Shown one piece after another: positions 41,409 through 49,921 of a stretch of 62,085 bases of DNA. Each line of letters begins with the position of its first letter. Position 1 is the stretch's first letter. The position numbers and the translations under genes were made by a program. Origin of the DNA: Thecamonas trahens ATCC 50062 (Eukaryota > Protista > Apusomonadida); the NCBI RefSeq assembly GCF_000142905.1, contig NW_013657604.1, positions 1 through 62,085 of the forward strand, read 5' to 3'. The notes below the pieces were generated by a model. The model was not told where the DNA came from. It saw only the letters and a list, made by a program, of their open reading frames with translations, and made no database searches.

Positions 41409-42098
41409 ATGTTTCCAGATCGCCCGATCTTGCCAACTCGGGCCGAGGTTTTGAGCATGACTGTAGCAACACATAAGACGATTAAAACCGACCCACTTTC
41501 CGATGAGCTCGACAACACGTCACGGCCGATGACCCCGGAAATAGAAATGGCACTCACCGACTATTATCACGAATTTCGTCGCTATCTCGTGCGCCGGGTC
41601 GGCGATTCGGTCACTGCGGAGGATGTGCTTCAAACTTTCTGCGTGCGAGTCATCAACAGCGGGACAGTACTTAGGAATAGCGAAAGTGTGGTCGCCTGGT
41701 TGTATACGGTGTTGCGCTCGGTGCTGACCGATCATTACCGCAGTGAGGCTGCACGGCGGCGCCGAAAAGACAGCTACATGCAAGACCAGATGGTATTGGC
41801 CGACGGCCAGGTAGATCTAGCGAACGAGAAAGGCGTTTGCAGCTGTCTTCGAAAGCTTGTGCCGGGGTTGCGCCCGGACTATGCAGAGATTCTTGAACGG
41901 ATCGATCTGTCGGATGAACCGCGTGAACGAGCCGCAGCTGATCTTGGGATCACACCATCGAATGCGAGAGTGCGCCTGCATCGGGCGCGCCAAGCACTGC
42001 GTGTTTCTCTAGCAGCGTTCTGCACCGATTGCTCCGAAGGTAGATTTGACGACTGCACTTGTGAATCAATGCGCGACGGCAAGAGCTGTAGCTTGTAA
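41409..42098 (+). CDS. Second CorE-like ECF sigma factor (start may be further downstream, e.g. 41529)
   Basis: AEDVLQ, AWLY, CSC linker, RVRLHRARQAL, tail CTDCSEGRFDDCTC. Confidence 0.88.
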   Translation: MFPDRPILPTRAEVLSMTVATHKTIKTDPLSDELDNTSRPMTPEIEMALTDYYHEFRRYLVRRVGDSVTAEDVLQTFCVRVINSGTVLRNSESVVAWLYTVLRSVLTDHYRSEAARRRRKDSYMQDQMVLADGQVDLANEKGVCSCLRKLVPGLRPDYAEILERIDLSDEPRERAAADLGITPSNARVRLHRARQALRVSLAAFCTDCSEGRFDDCTCESMRDGKSCSL

Positions 42099-42299
42099 CT
42101 ATCACAAAGTTCTACAACTGCCCTTCTATCGGCGGGCTGAACCGCGCCGGGTTTGCCGAAGGCTTCAACTCTCAAGAGGATGGAGCGATGAAAGAGAACA
42201 AACCCCTACTGACATACTCAGGCTGAAGTGCGCGCGAGGTGATGAGCCCATACGATCTCGAAGCCTTCTAGACTGAGACCGACGCGGGATTCGGCGACG

Positions 42300-42542
42300 G
42301 GATATGAAACTGTTTCCACAGCGTCCTTGTCCACGCTCAGGCCAGAATGCGCCGACTTGATGTCGCGTGTAGAGCTGTTGGGAGATCCGCGGAATCGTGC
42401 GGCAGCGCCTCGGCGCCGACTTGAAGAATGTCGCTGTGCGGCTGTATCACGGCTAAGCAGGCACTGGAAAAGCAGCAGCAGGGGATTTGTTTGTGCCTGA
42501 TCTGCCCGATCCATGGTTTCCTCGACTGCCGCTGTGAAGAGA
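42300..42542 (+). pseudogene. Frameshifted remnant of a CorE-like sigma factor
   Basis: Across frames: LSTLRPECADLMSRVELLGDPRNRAAA / LGADLKNVAVRLYH / AKQALEKQ..CLICPIHGFLDCRCEE. Confidence 0.75.
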
Positions 42543-42543
42543 C

Positions 42544-42628
42544 GGATTGTGCACGGGGCCGGATTGTGCACGGGGCCGGATTGTGCACGGGGCCGGATTG
42601 TGCACGGGGCCGGATTGTGCACGGGGCC
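42544..42628. repeat. Tandem repeat, 5 x 17 bp
   Basis: GGATTGTGCACGGGGCC, five perfect adjacent copies. Confidence 0.95.
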
Positions 42629-42645
42629 GGCAGGTGGGCTGAAGC

Positions 42646-42672
42646 TGTAACGGCGGGCAAGTCGTTCCGTCT
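42646..42672 (+). promoter_or_regulatory. ECF-type promoter upstream of Met-rich protein gene
   Basis: TGTAAC-N16-CGTCT. Confidence 0.7.
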
Positions 42673-42787
42673 GTAAGTCCAGGTGGTTGTGCCTTCGGGT
42701 CACCATAGCGATCCGATGTCCGACGCAGCACCGGTTGCGCCGTCTCCACCCCTACAGCGTCTTTCATCCCAACCAAGGAGACCAGAG

Positions 42788-43318
42788 ATGACAGATTCAA
42801 GAACGATGATACCTTCCAGCACGATGCGTTTGCCGGGTTTGAAAGCTCTCGCCATAGCCGCGGGCCTCACCGTCCTCACCGCGGCAGGTGCGTTGTCGGC
42901 CCAGCATGGAGCAAAGCCACAGCAAGGCCAATCCCAGCAGATGCAGCAGCAGATGCAAGGCGGACCGTCCTTCGAGCGCATGCAGGAGATGATGCAGCAG
43001 GCCCGCGAGACAACAGACCCTGCCGAGCGCCGGCAGCTCATGCGCCAGCACATGCAGATGATGGTCGAGAAGATGCAGGCGATGCACGGCATGATGGGGA
43101 ACATGCCCATGCAGGGCCAGATGGGCGGCCGGATGTCGGGCCATCAGGGATCCGGCAGTCAGGGCATGGGCATGTCCGGGGACATGTCGGACGATATGTC
43201 CGAACGGATGCAGCAGATGATGGGGCGCATGCAAGAGCAGCAGGGCATGATGCAGCAGATGATGCAACAGATGCTCGAACAGCAGCGCATGATGATGGAG
43301 ATGGACGAAGACCGCTAA
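42788..43318 (+). CDS. Secreted Met/Gln-rich protein
   Basis: AAGGAG RBS; signal peptide ending ALSA; about 34 Met in about 138 mature residues. Confidence 0.8.
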   Translation: MTDSRTMIPSSTMRLPGLKALAIAAGLTVLTAAGALSAQHGAKPQQGQSQQMQQQMQGGPSFERMQEMMQQARETTDPAERRQLMRQHMQMMVEKMQAMHGMMGNMPMQGQMGGRMSGHQGSGSQGMGMSGDMSDDMSERMQQMMGRMQEQQGMMQQMMQQMLEQQRMMMEMDEDR

Positions 43319-43388
43319 CGTCTGGAAGGCGGCTGCCGCATCCTGTATGCGGCAGCCGCCCCCAAGGAGAGAAAGGGACGGTTCTGTA

Positions 43389-43541
43389 ATGCTGGTGCAG
43401 TTCGACTTCGTCTGTAACGGTCCCTTCGGCCAGGACGTGGCCGAGGCGATGGACGGGCTGGCGCCCGCCATTGAAAACCTCAACGCCAAGCTGTTCGACG
43501 TGCACCGTCCCCTGAGCGAAATCACCAAAGGACCAATGTGA
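43389..43541 (+). pseudogene. Internally deleted YdhR-like monooxygenase
   Basis: N-terminal QFDFVCNGPFG..LAPAI joined to C-terminal AKLFDVHRPLSEI; middle of YdhR absent. Confidence 0.6.
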
Positions 43542-44263
43542 ACGAAGGGCAGGACACACGACCCAATCCACCCTGGCCTCGCATCATCGCCGGTCTGGCG
43601 GTGTTGGCCGTCTTCCTCGCGACCGTCCTTGTGTTATGGCGCATCGGCATACTGGACCGCCTGCGCGACGGCGCAGCGCTTGAGCAGGCTGTGATGCAAT
43701 TCGGCCCGCTCGGCCCCTTTTTGATCATCGGCCTGATGACCGTCGCCATTGTCATGAGCCCGATTCCAAGCGCGCCGATCGCGCTCGCCTCCGGCGCGGC
43801 CTACGGCCATTACTGGGGCGCGTTCTACGTTGCCATTGGCTCCGAGATCGGCGCCCTAACCGCTTTTGGCGTCGCGCGCCTCTTCGGATACGACGCACTC
43901 AAGGCATGGCTCGGCACGCGGCTGTCGATGGGTGTCCTGCACCGCTTCATCACGTCCCAGAACGCCCTCATGGCGGTCGTGTTCGCGACACGGCTCATGC
44001 CGTTCCTGTCCTTCGACATCATCAGCTACGCCGCCGGTCTGACGCCGCTCAGGACTTGGCGCTTTGCCGTTGCGACCCTGTTCGGTATCATCCCGGCGAG
44101 CTTCCTGCTCGCGCATTTCGGAGATGAGCTCGCCTCCGGTGACTGGCGGCGTGCCGGGTTAACGGTGCTCGCCCTTGGGCTCATAACCCTGCTTCCTCTT
44201 GCCTGGAAGACTGCTCCGGCGCGCTACCGACTAGCTCTGAAGCGCTTATTAAAGCTTGGATAA
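43538..44263 (+). CDS. TVP38/TMEM64 (DedA/VTT) family membrane protein
   Basis: PIPSAPIALASGAAYG, RLMPFLSFDIISYAAG. Confidence 0.88.
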   Translation: MNEGQDTRPNPPWPRIIAGLAVLAVFLATVLVLWRIGILDRLRDGAALEQAVMQFGPLGPFLIIGLMTVAIVMSPIPSAPIALASGAAYGHYWGAFYVAIGSEIGALTAFGVARLFGYDALKAWLGTRLSMGVLHRFITSQNALMAVVFATRLMPFLSFDIISYAAGLTPLRTWRFAVATLFGIIPASFLLAHFGDELASGDWRRAGLTVLALGLITLLPLAWKTAPARYRLALKRLLKLG

Positions 44264-44542
44264 GCGAGGAACCCCGCGTCGCAATAGCAGTTCTGGCGGT
44301 ATGTCAGCGTGAATCCCAACGTGACTTGCTTGTGCAACCTCGCCAAGCCGCATTAGTCGGCCCGATTTTACAGAACACAACCTTGCCATGCGTAGGCGAC
44401 ATCAACACCTATGGCGCCATCGCGCCATGAGCAAAAGTTCCAGAAATACCGAACACTCCTCCTCCGAGTATGGCTACAGCTTGATTTTTAGTGGTTCCCA
44501 TATGGTACCCGATCGCATTTCCGGACTATAGCTTGAGAGTCG

Positions 44543-44575
44543 AAAAGCTCGCTAGCGTGCTGTACTAGCGGGCTT
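44543..44575 (-). terminator. Intrinsic terminator after tRNA 3' fragment
   Basis: AAGCCCGCTAG..CTAGCGAGCTTTT on minus strand. Confidence 0.65.
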
Positions 44576-44579
44576 AATT

Positions 44580-44596
44580 TGGTTGCAGGGGCAGGA
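44580..44596 (-). mobile_element. att-like fragment of tRNA-fMet 3' end
   Basis: Minus strand TCCTGCCCCTGCAACCA vs typical initiator tRNA end TCCTGCCCCCGCAACCA. Confidence 0.65.
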
Positions 44597-44705
44597 AGCC
44601 ACCGGCAGCCAAACTCGCTAGTCGTGGCCGTATGATGGCAGCAAGCCATCCTCCGTAGGATGAAGGACACCGCTCTAATCGGTGCCACGGTGGACAAGAA
44701 CCTTC

Positions 44706-45128
44706 TCATGCGGACAACGCATCCACGATCGGACATTCCGGTACGTCGCCGCCATCGCACTTCGCCGCCATGTCCTTGAGCACGCGCTCCATGCGCCTGA
44801 GATCGGCAATCTTGCGGCGGATGTCGGCGATGTGGGCCAGCGTCATCTCCTGTACCTCTCCACAGCTGTAGTCGCCACCATCAACGAGCCGCAGCAGTGC
44901 GCGGATCTCGTCGAGCGAGAAGCCCAGTTCTCGGCTCCGGCGGATGAAGGCGAGCCGCTTGAGATGCGCGGTTTCATAAATCCGCTGTCCGCCGGCGGTG
45001 CGCGGCGGCTTGGGCATGATGCCGATCCGCTCGTAGTAGCGGATCGTCTCGATGTTGACCCCGGTATGTTTCGAGATCGTTCCGATTCCATAACTGGCGG
45101 TCGTCATCTCATTGTCCTGTCTCACCAT
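44706..45128 (-). CDS. merR: Hg-type MerR regulator
   Basis: ETIRYYERIG HTH; three Cys (YSCGE, KCDG, ECPI); divergent from merT; start 45128 or 45107. Confidence 0.88.
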   Translation of the reverse strand: MVRQDNEMTTASYGIGTISKHTGVNIETIRYYERIGIMPKPPRTAGGQRIYETAHLKRLAFIRRSRELGFSLDEIRALLRLVDGGDYSCGEVQEMTLAHIADIRRKIADLRRMERVLKDMAAKCDGGDVPECPIVDALSA

Positions 45129-45136
45129 TTTCTCCC

Positions 45137-45167
45137 TTGAACCTGTAGCGACTACAGCTCCTATCTT
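45137..45167 (+). promoter_or_regulatory. MerR-type promoter/operator of mer operon
   Basis: TTGAAC-N19-TATCTT with dyad CTGTAG-CGA-CTACAG. Confidence 0.85.
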
Positions 45168-45187
45168 AACATGGCAAGACCGAACTG

Positions 45188-45616
45188 GTGAGGACCAAGC
45201 CAATGGCTCGAGCGGACGAAACGGCGGCCGGCGCAATGGAAATCGGGCAGGAAACGGAAGGCGCTCAACGGCGCACCGGCTGGGCGGCTGCCGGCGGCAT
45301 TCTCGGTGCTGTCGGTGCGTCGTCCTGCTGCATTCTGCCGCTGGTGCTGTTCAGCCTCGGCGCCGGCGGCGCCTGGATCGGCAACCTGACGGCGCTGGCG
45401 CCCTATCAGCCGATCTTCGTCGCCGTCACCCTTGGCTTCCTCGGGTACGGTTTCTACGCCGTCTACTGGAAACCGCGGAAAGCCTGTGCCGAAGGCGCGG
45501 CGTGTGCGCGCGCCCTCCCGGGCCGCACCGTCAAGGCCGCCCTTTGGGTCGCGACGGCACTGGTCGCCGCCGCGATCGCTTTTCCCTACGTCGCACCGAC
45601 ACTGCTTGGCGTTTGA
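45188..45616 (+). CDS. merT: Mercuric transport protein
   Basis: ASSCCILPLVL, AWIGNLTALAPY, ACAEGAAC. Confidence 0.92.
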   Translation: MRTKPMARADETAAGAMEIGQETEGAQRRTGWAAAGGILGAVGASSCCILPLVLFSLGAGGAWIGNLTALAPYQPIFVAVTLGFLGYGFYAVYWKPRKACAEGAACARALPGRTVKAALWVATALVAAAIAFPYVAPTLLGV

Positions 45617-45635
45617 ATGGAAGGAGGTTCGACGG

Positions 45636-45920
45636 ATGATTCGCGCGCTTTTCGCTGCCTTGGTCCTTACAAGCCTCTTTGTCGGTACCGCGGCCATCGC
45701 CGCCCAACGGACGGTGACACTCGCCGTCGACGGCATGACGTGCGCGAGCTGCCCCTACATCGTGAAACAGTCGCTATCCCGCGTGCCGGGCGTCGAGCGG
45801 GTCGAGGTCTCGTACGCGGACAAGCGGGCCGTCGTAACCTTCGACGACTCGAGAACGGACGTTGCCGCGCTGACGAAGGCGACCGCCGGCGTCGGCTTTC
45901 CTTCCGCGCTCGTGGAATAG
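45636..45920 (+). CDS. merP: Periplasmic Hg-binding protein
   Basis: Signal peptide, GMTCASCP, GFPS. Confidence 0.92.
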   Translation: MIRALFAALVLTSLFVGTAAIAAQRTVTLAVDGMTCASCPYIVKQSLSRVPGVERVEVSYADKRAVVTFDDSRTDVAALTKATAGVGFPSALVE

Positions 45921-45921
45921 A

Positions 45922-46179
45922 GTGATGGCGCTGGACGATCGCAAGGTTCTCGCCACGGGAGTTGTCGGCTCCGTCGTCGCGGCGATCTGCTGCTTCACGC
46001 CGGTGCTCGTCGTGGTACTCGGCGCCGCCGGGCTCGCGGCCTGGCTCGGATGGATCGACTACGTGCTGCTGCCCGCGCTCGCGCTTTTCCTAGGAATTAC
46101 CGCCTACGGCCTGTATCTGCGCCGCTGCCGCGTGAAAGCCGCGGCCGCCGCAACATCGAACCCGGAGCATTCGACATGA
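45922..46179 (+). CDS. merF: Mercury transporter
   Basis: AICCFTPVLV, IDYVLLPAL. Confidence 0.88.
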   Translation: MMALDDRKVLATGVVGSVVAAICCFTPVLVVVLGAAGLAAWLGWIDYVLLPALALFLGITAYGLYLRRCRVKAAAAATSNPEHST

Positions 46180-47621
46180 CCCTGATGACCGACGACTGCT
46201 GCACCACCGGCCAGACCGGACTCCGCCGCACCTATGATCTCGCCGTGATCGGAGCGGGCTCGGCCGGCTTCTCGGCCGCGATCACGGCCGCCGAGCTGGG
46301 CGCACGGGTGGCGCTCATCGGCCATGGCACGATCGGCGGAACCTGCGTGAACGTCGGCTGCGTGCCCTCCAAGACGCTGATCCGGGCAGCCGAGACACTG
46401 CACCAAGGCCGCGCGGCTGAACGATTCGCCGGCATCGAGGCCCGCGTCGGGCTTACCGACTGGTCCGCTACCGTCTCGCAGAAGGACGAGCTGGTGGGCG
46501 CGCTGCGTCAGGCGAAGTACAAGGACCTGCTCGCGGCGTACGAAGGGATCACCTACGTCGAAGGACGGGCGCGGCTCGCCACTGACGGCGTCCTGGTCGA
46601 GGGAGAGCCGCTGCGGGCCGGCAAGGTGGTGATCACCACTGGGGCCCGCCCTGCCCTGCCGTCGATCCCCGGCATCGAGGAGGTGTCCTATCTCACCAGC
46701 ACCACGGTGCTCGAGATCGCAGAGCTGCCGCGATCGCTGCTCATCATCGGCGGCGGTTATATCGGCTGCGAGCTGGCACAGCTCTTCGCGCGCGCCGGCG
46801 TCGAGGTGACGATCGCCTGCCGCCGCGGCCTGCTGCCGGCGGCCGAGCCGGAGGTCGGCACCGCCCTCACCGGGTACTTCGAGGATGAAGGCATCCGCGT
46901 GCGAAGCGGGCTCAAATACCGCCAGATCCGTGAGACGGAAGACGGCGTGATCCTGAACGCGCTCGCGGAGGGCAACGACGTACGCCTCGAGGCAGAGCGG
47001 GTCCTGATCGCCAGCGGCCGACGACCGAACACGGAGGAGATGGGCCTCGCCGAGGCAGGCGTTGTCCTGTTACCGAACGGCGGCATCGAGGTCGACGAAC
47101 GCCTGCGCACGACGAAGGCCGGCATCTACGCCGCCGGCGACGTCACTGGCCGCGACCAGTTCGTCTACATGGCCGCCTATGCTGCCCGGCTCGCGGCGGA
47201 GAACGCGCTCAACGGCGACAGCCGGCGCTACGACAACGCGGCGATGCCGGCGGTCGTGTTCACCGATCCCCAGGTCGCCAGCGTCGGCCTGACCGAGGCC
47301 GCGGCGGGCCAGGCCGGCCACCGGGTCAAGACCTCTCTCCTGTCGCTCGACCAGGTGCCTCGCGCGTTGGCAGCGCGCGACACGCGCGGCCTGATCAAGC
47401 TCGTGGCGGAGGAGGAGACGGACCGGCTGCTCGGCGCGCACATTCTCGCGCCCGAAGGCGCCGACAGCATCCAGACGGCCGTTCTCGCCATCAAGCACGG
47501 ACTCACGGTCGCCGAGCTTGCGGAGACGATCTTCCCCTATCTCACAACGGTCGAGGGCCTGAAGCTCGCCGCCCAGACGTTCACGCGCGACGTGGCCAGG
47601 CTTTCCTGCTGCGCGGGGTAA
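46176..47621 (+). CDS. merA: Mercuric reductase without NmerA domain
   Basis: GGTCVNVGCVPSK, FPYLT, C-terminal LSCCAG. Confidence 0.95.
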   Translation: MTLMTDDCCTTGQTGLRRTYDLAVIGAGSAGFSAAITAAELGARVALIGHGTIGGTCVNVGCVPSKTLIRAAETLHQGRAAERFAGIEARVGLTDWSATVSQKDELVGALRQAKYKDLLAAYEGITYVEGRARLATDGVLVEGEPLRAGKVVITTGARPALPSIPGIEEVSYLTSTTVLEIAELPRSLLIIGGGYIGCELAQLFARAGVEVTIACRRGLLPAAEPEVGTALTGYFEDEGIRVRSGLKYRQIRETEDGVILNALAEGNDVRLEAERVLIASGRRPNTEEMGLAEAGVVLLPNGGIEVDERLRTTKAGIYAAGDVTGRDQFVYMAAYAARLAAENALNGDSRRYDNAAMPAVVFTDPQVASVGLTEAAAGQAGHRVKTSLLSLDQVPRALAARDTRGLIKLVAEEETDRLLGAHILAPEGADSIQTAVLAIKHGLTVAELAETIFPYLTTVEGLKLAAQTFTRDVARLSCCAG

Positions 47622-47629
47622 CGGGGGCC

Positions 47630-47845
47630 ATGGAGACCGGCGACAAGGTCCTGGCGTTGCTCGGTGCGAAGGTGCTCTGCTGCGTCGCGCTGGTTCTCGC
47701 CGCCACCGGTGTCCTGGGAGGGTTTGGCGCCTGGCTGATCGACGGTGCCGGAGGGTGGCTCGTTGCCGGCCTGATCGTTGCGGCCATCGTGGCGCTCATG
47801 CTCGGACGCCGACAGGAGCGGACGAAGACGCGCCATCCCGGATGA
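47630..47845 (+). CDS. Small two-TM protein with CC pair
   Basis: KVLCCVALVL; 8 nt after merA. Confidence 0.65.
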   Translation: METGDKVLALLGAKVLCCVALVLAATGVLGGFGAWLIDGAGGWLVAGLIVAAIVALMLGRRQERTKTRHPG

Positions 47846-47913
47846 GGCATCCTATATGAGGCGACAGGAACCTGCCGCTACGCGCCCCGTTTTCGACTCA
47901 GGACGAGAATAGG

Positions 47914-49266
47914 ATGACCCAACGTTTCGACCTGGTGGTAATCGGCACCGGCACCGCCGCAAGCGGCGTAGCGAGCCGCTGTCGCAATGCTGGCTGGTCG
48001 GTGGCCATTGTCGACGAACGCCCCTTTGGCGGGACCTGCGCGTTGCGCGGCTGCGATCCTAAGAAGGTGCTGCGACGCACGGCCGAGGTGGTGGATGCCG
48101 CGCGACTCATGAACGGACACGGAATCACTGGTCCCGCCCCCACCGTAGATTGGCCCGCCCTCATGGCCTTCAAGCGGAGCTTCACCGATCCGGTCCCCAA
48201 TGCGCGGGAAAAGGCCTTCGCGGACAAAGGCATCGCCACCTTCAAGGGTACAGCGCAGTTTATTGGCGAAAACACGATTTCCGTCGGCGAGGACCGGCTC
48301 GAAGCCCGATACATCGTGATCACAAGCGGGGCGAAGCCGGTGCCGCTCTCCATGCCCGGTGCCGAGCACGTCATCACCAGCGACGACTTTCTGGAGCTGG
48401 AGGCGCTGCCGAAACGTGTGCTTCTGATCGGCGGCGGGTACGTTTCCTTCGAGTTCGCCCATATCGCCGCACGCGCCGGTGCCGAGGTGGTCATGGTCGA
48501 CCGGGGCGAACGGCCGCTCAAGGCGTTCGATCCCGACCTCGTCGACATGCTGGTCGACCGCACGCGGGCCCTCGGCATCACCTTCCGCGCCAAGGCCGAA
48601 GTGACGGCGATCGAGCAGGCGAACGGCGGGCTTGGCGTCATTGCCAGGATCGACGGCGCCGAAGAGCGGTTCGAGGCGGACCTCGTCGTGCACGGCGCCG
48701 GCCGGGCCGCGGCGATCAGCGCGCTGGAGCCCGACAAGGCGAACGTCAAGGCGGACGGTACGGGCGTCGAGGTCAACGAGTATCTGCAGAGCCTCACGAA
48801 CCCGGCGGTCTATGCCGCCGGCGACGCCGCGGCGACAGCGGGGCCGCCGCTCACGCCGGTCGCCAGCCTGGAGGCCAAGGCGGTGGCGGCGAACCTGTTG
48901 GAAGGAAACCACGCCACGCCCGACTACACCGGCGTGCCGAGCGCCGTGTTCACCGTTCCCGAATTGGTGCGTGTCGGTCTGAGCGAAGCCGACGCAACGG
49001 CGCAGGGCCTCGAATTCGAATGCAAATTCTCAGACATGCGGGGCTGGTTCTCCGTCCGTCGCGTCGGAGAAACCCACGCCGCGGCGAAAGTGCTGGTCGA
49101 GCACGGATCGGGACGGATCCTTGGCGCGCACATCCTCGGGCCGGAAGCGAGCGAGACCATCAACCTCTTCGGCCTCGCCATGCGCACCGGGCTAAAGGCG
49201 GAAGACCTCAAGGGCCTGGTCAGCGCCTATCCGTCGGCAGGCTCGGATATCGGCTCTCTGATCTGA
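47914..49266 (+). CDS. Pyridine nucleotide-disulfide oxidoreductase (glutathione-reductase-like)
   Basis: GGTCALRGCDPKK, IGGGYVSFE, C-terminal AYPS. Confidence 0.88.
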   Translation: MTQRFDLVVIGTGTAASGVASRCRNAGWSVAIVDERPFGGTCALRGCDPKKVLRRTAEVVDAARLMNGHGITGPAPTVDWPALMAFKRSFTDPVPNAREKAFADKGIATFKGTAQFIGENTISVGEDRLEARYIVITSGAKPVPLSMPGAEHVITSDDFLELEALPKRVLLIGGGYVSFEFAHIAARAGAEVVMVDRGERPLKAFDPDLVDMLVDRTRALGITFRAKAEVTAIEQANGGLGVIARIDGAEERFEADLVVHGAGRAAAISALEPDKANVKADGTGVEVNEYLQSLTNPAVYAAGDAAATAGPPLTPVASLEAKAVAANLLEGNHATPDYTGVPSAVFTVPELVRVGLSEADATAQGLEFECKFSDMRGWFSVRRVGETHAAAKVLVEHGSGRILGAHILGPEASETINLFGLAMRTGLKAEDLKGLVSAYPSAGSDIGSLI

Positions 49267-49405
49267 CGCCGCGCTCGTCATGGTCTGAGACAGGCGCAAA
49301 GCCTTCCACGGCGCTGGAAGCGCTTCCCAGGTCGATGTAGCGTTCCTGACCGGCTTCCCGACGGAATAACCACCGTCTCTCCTTTCCCGGCACGACTCCG
49401 ATCCC

Positions 49406-49437
49406 TTGACTCTGTACCGTGGTACGGAGCGTAGGCT
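49406..49437 (+). promoter_or_regulatory. MerR-type promoter/operator, 20-bp spacer
   Basis: TTGACT-N20-TAGGCT with dyad CTGTAC-CGTG-GTACGG. Confidence 0.75.
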
Positions 49438-49453
49438 TCAATGAGCGATCGAG

Positions 49454-49921
49454 GTGAGAGACATGATTGGCATGACCATCAGCAGGGCCGCGCAGGCGGC
49501 CGGCGTTGGCGTCGAGACGGTCCGCTTCTACGAGCGCAAGGGCCTGATCGAGCAGCCCCCGAAGCCCGCCGCCTCAGGCTTTCGGAGCTATCCCGACGAG
49601 ACCATCGAACGCATCCGCTTCATCCGGCAGGCGCAAGAGCTGGGCTTCTCGTTGCGCGAGGTCCGGGAGCTCCTGGAGCTGCGCGCCGATCCCGAGGCGG
49701 ATGCGGCCGACGTCCGGGCCCGGGCTACGGCGAAGCTCGACGACGTGAACGAGAAGATGCGCCAGCTCCAGCGCATCGGACAGGCCTTGGAGGCACTGAT
49801 CGCGTCTTGTCCCGGCCACGGCGAGCTCGGCTGCTGCTCGATCATGGAGGCGCTGGAAGGTCACCAAAAGGCGGACGTCGGGGCCACGGAAGCCGTTGAT
49901 ACAAAGCCAAGATCAGGATGA
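49454..49921 (+). CDS. MerR-family metal regulator
   Basis: GVETVRFYERKGL; C-terminal CPGHGELGCC. Confidence 0.9.
   Translation: MRDMIGMTISRAAQAAGVGVETVRFYERKGLIEQPPKPAASGFRSYPDETIERIRFIRQAQELGFSLREVRELLELRADPEADAADVRARATAKLDDVNEKMRQLQRIGQALEALIASCPGHGELGCCSIMEALEGHQKADVGATEAVDTKPRSG

Noticed and set aside
42544-42628. CRISPR array
   Set aside because: 17-bp units are adjacent with no spacers; no cas genes
42544-42628. Repeat unit shares TGCACGGGG with the right half of the tra-box at 16444-16467
   Set aside because: Only 9 bp in GC-rich DNA and no full dyad; chance cannot be excluded
43384-43440. Extra TGTAAT/TGTAAC promoter-like sites
   Set aside because: Inside the ydhR remnant, with wrong spacing or a poor -10; the TGTGAC sites near 24185 and 25298 are also too degenerate
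44580-44660. Intact tRNA gene (also at 59560)
   Set aside because: Only 14-17 nt match; no T-loop or cloverleaf continuation
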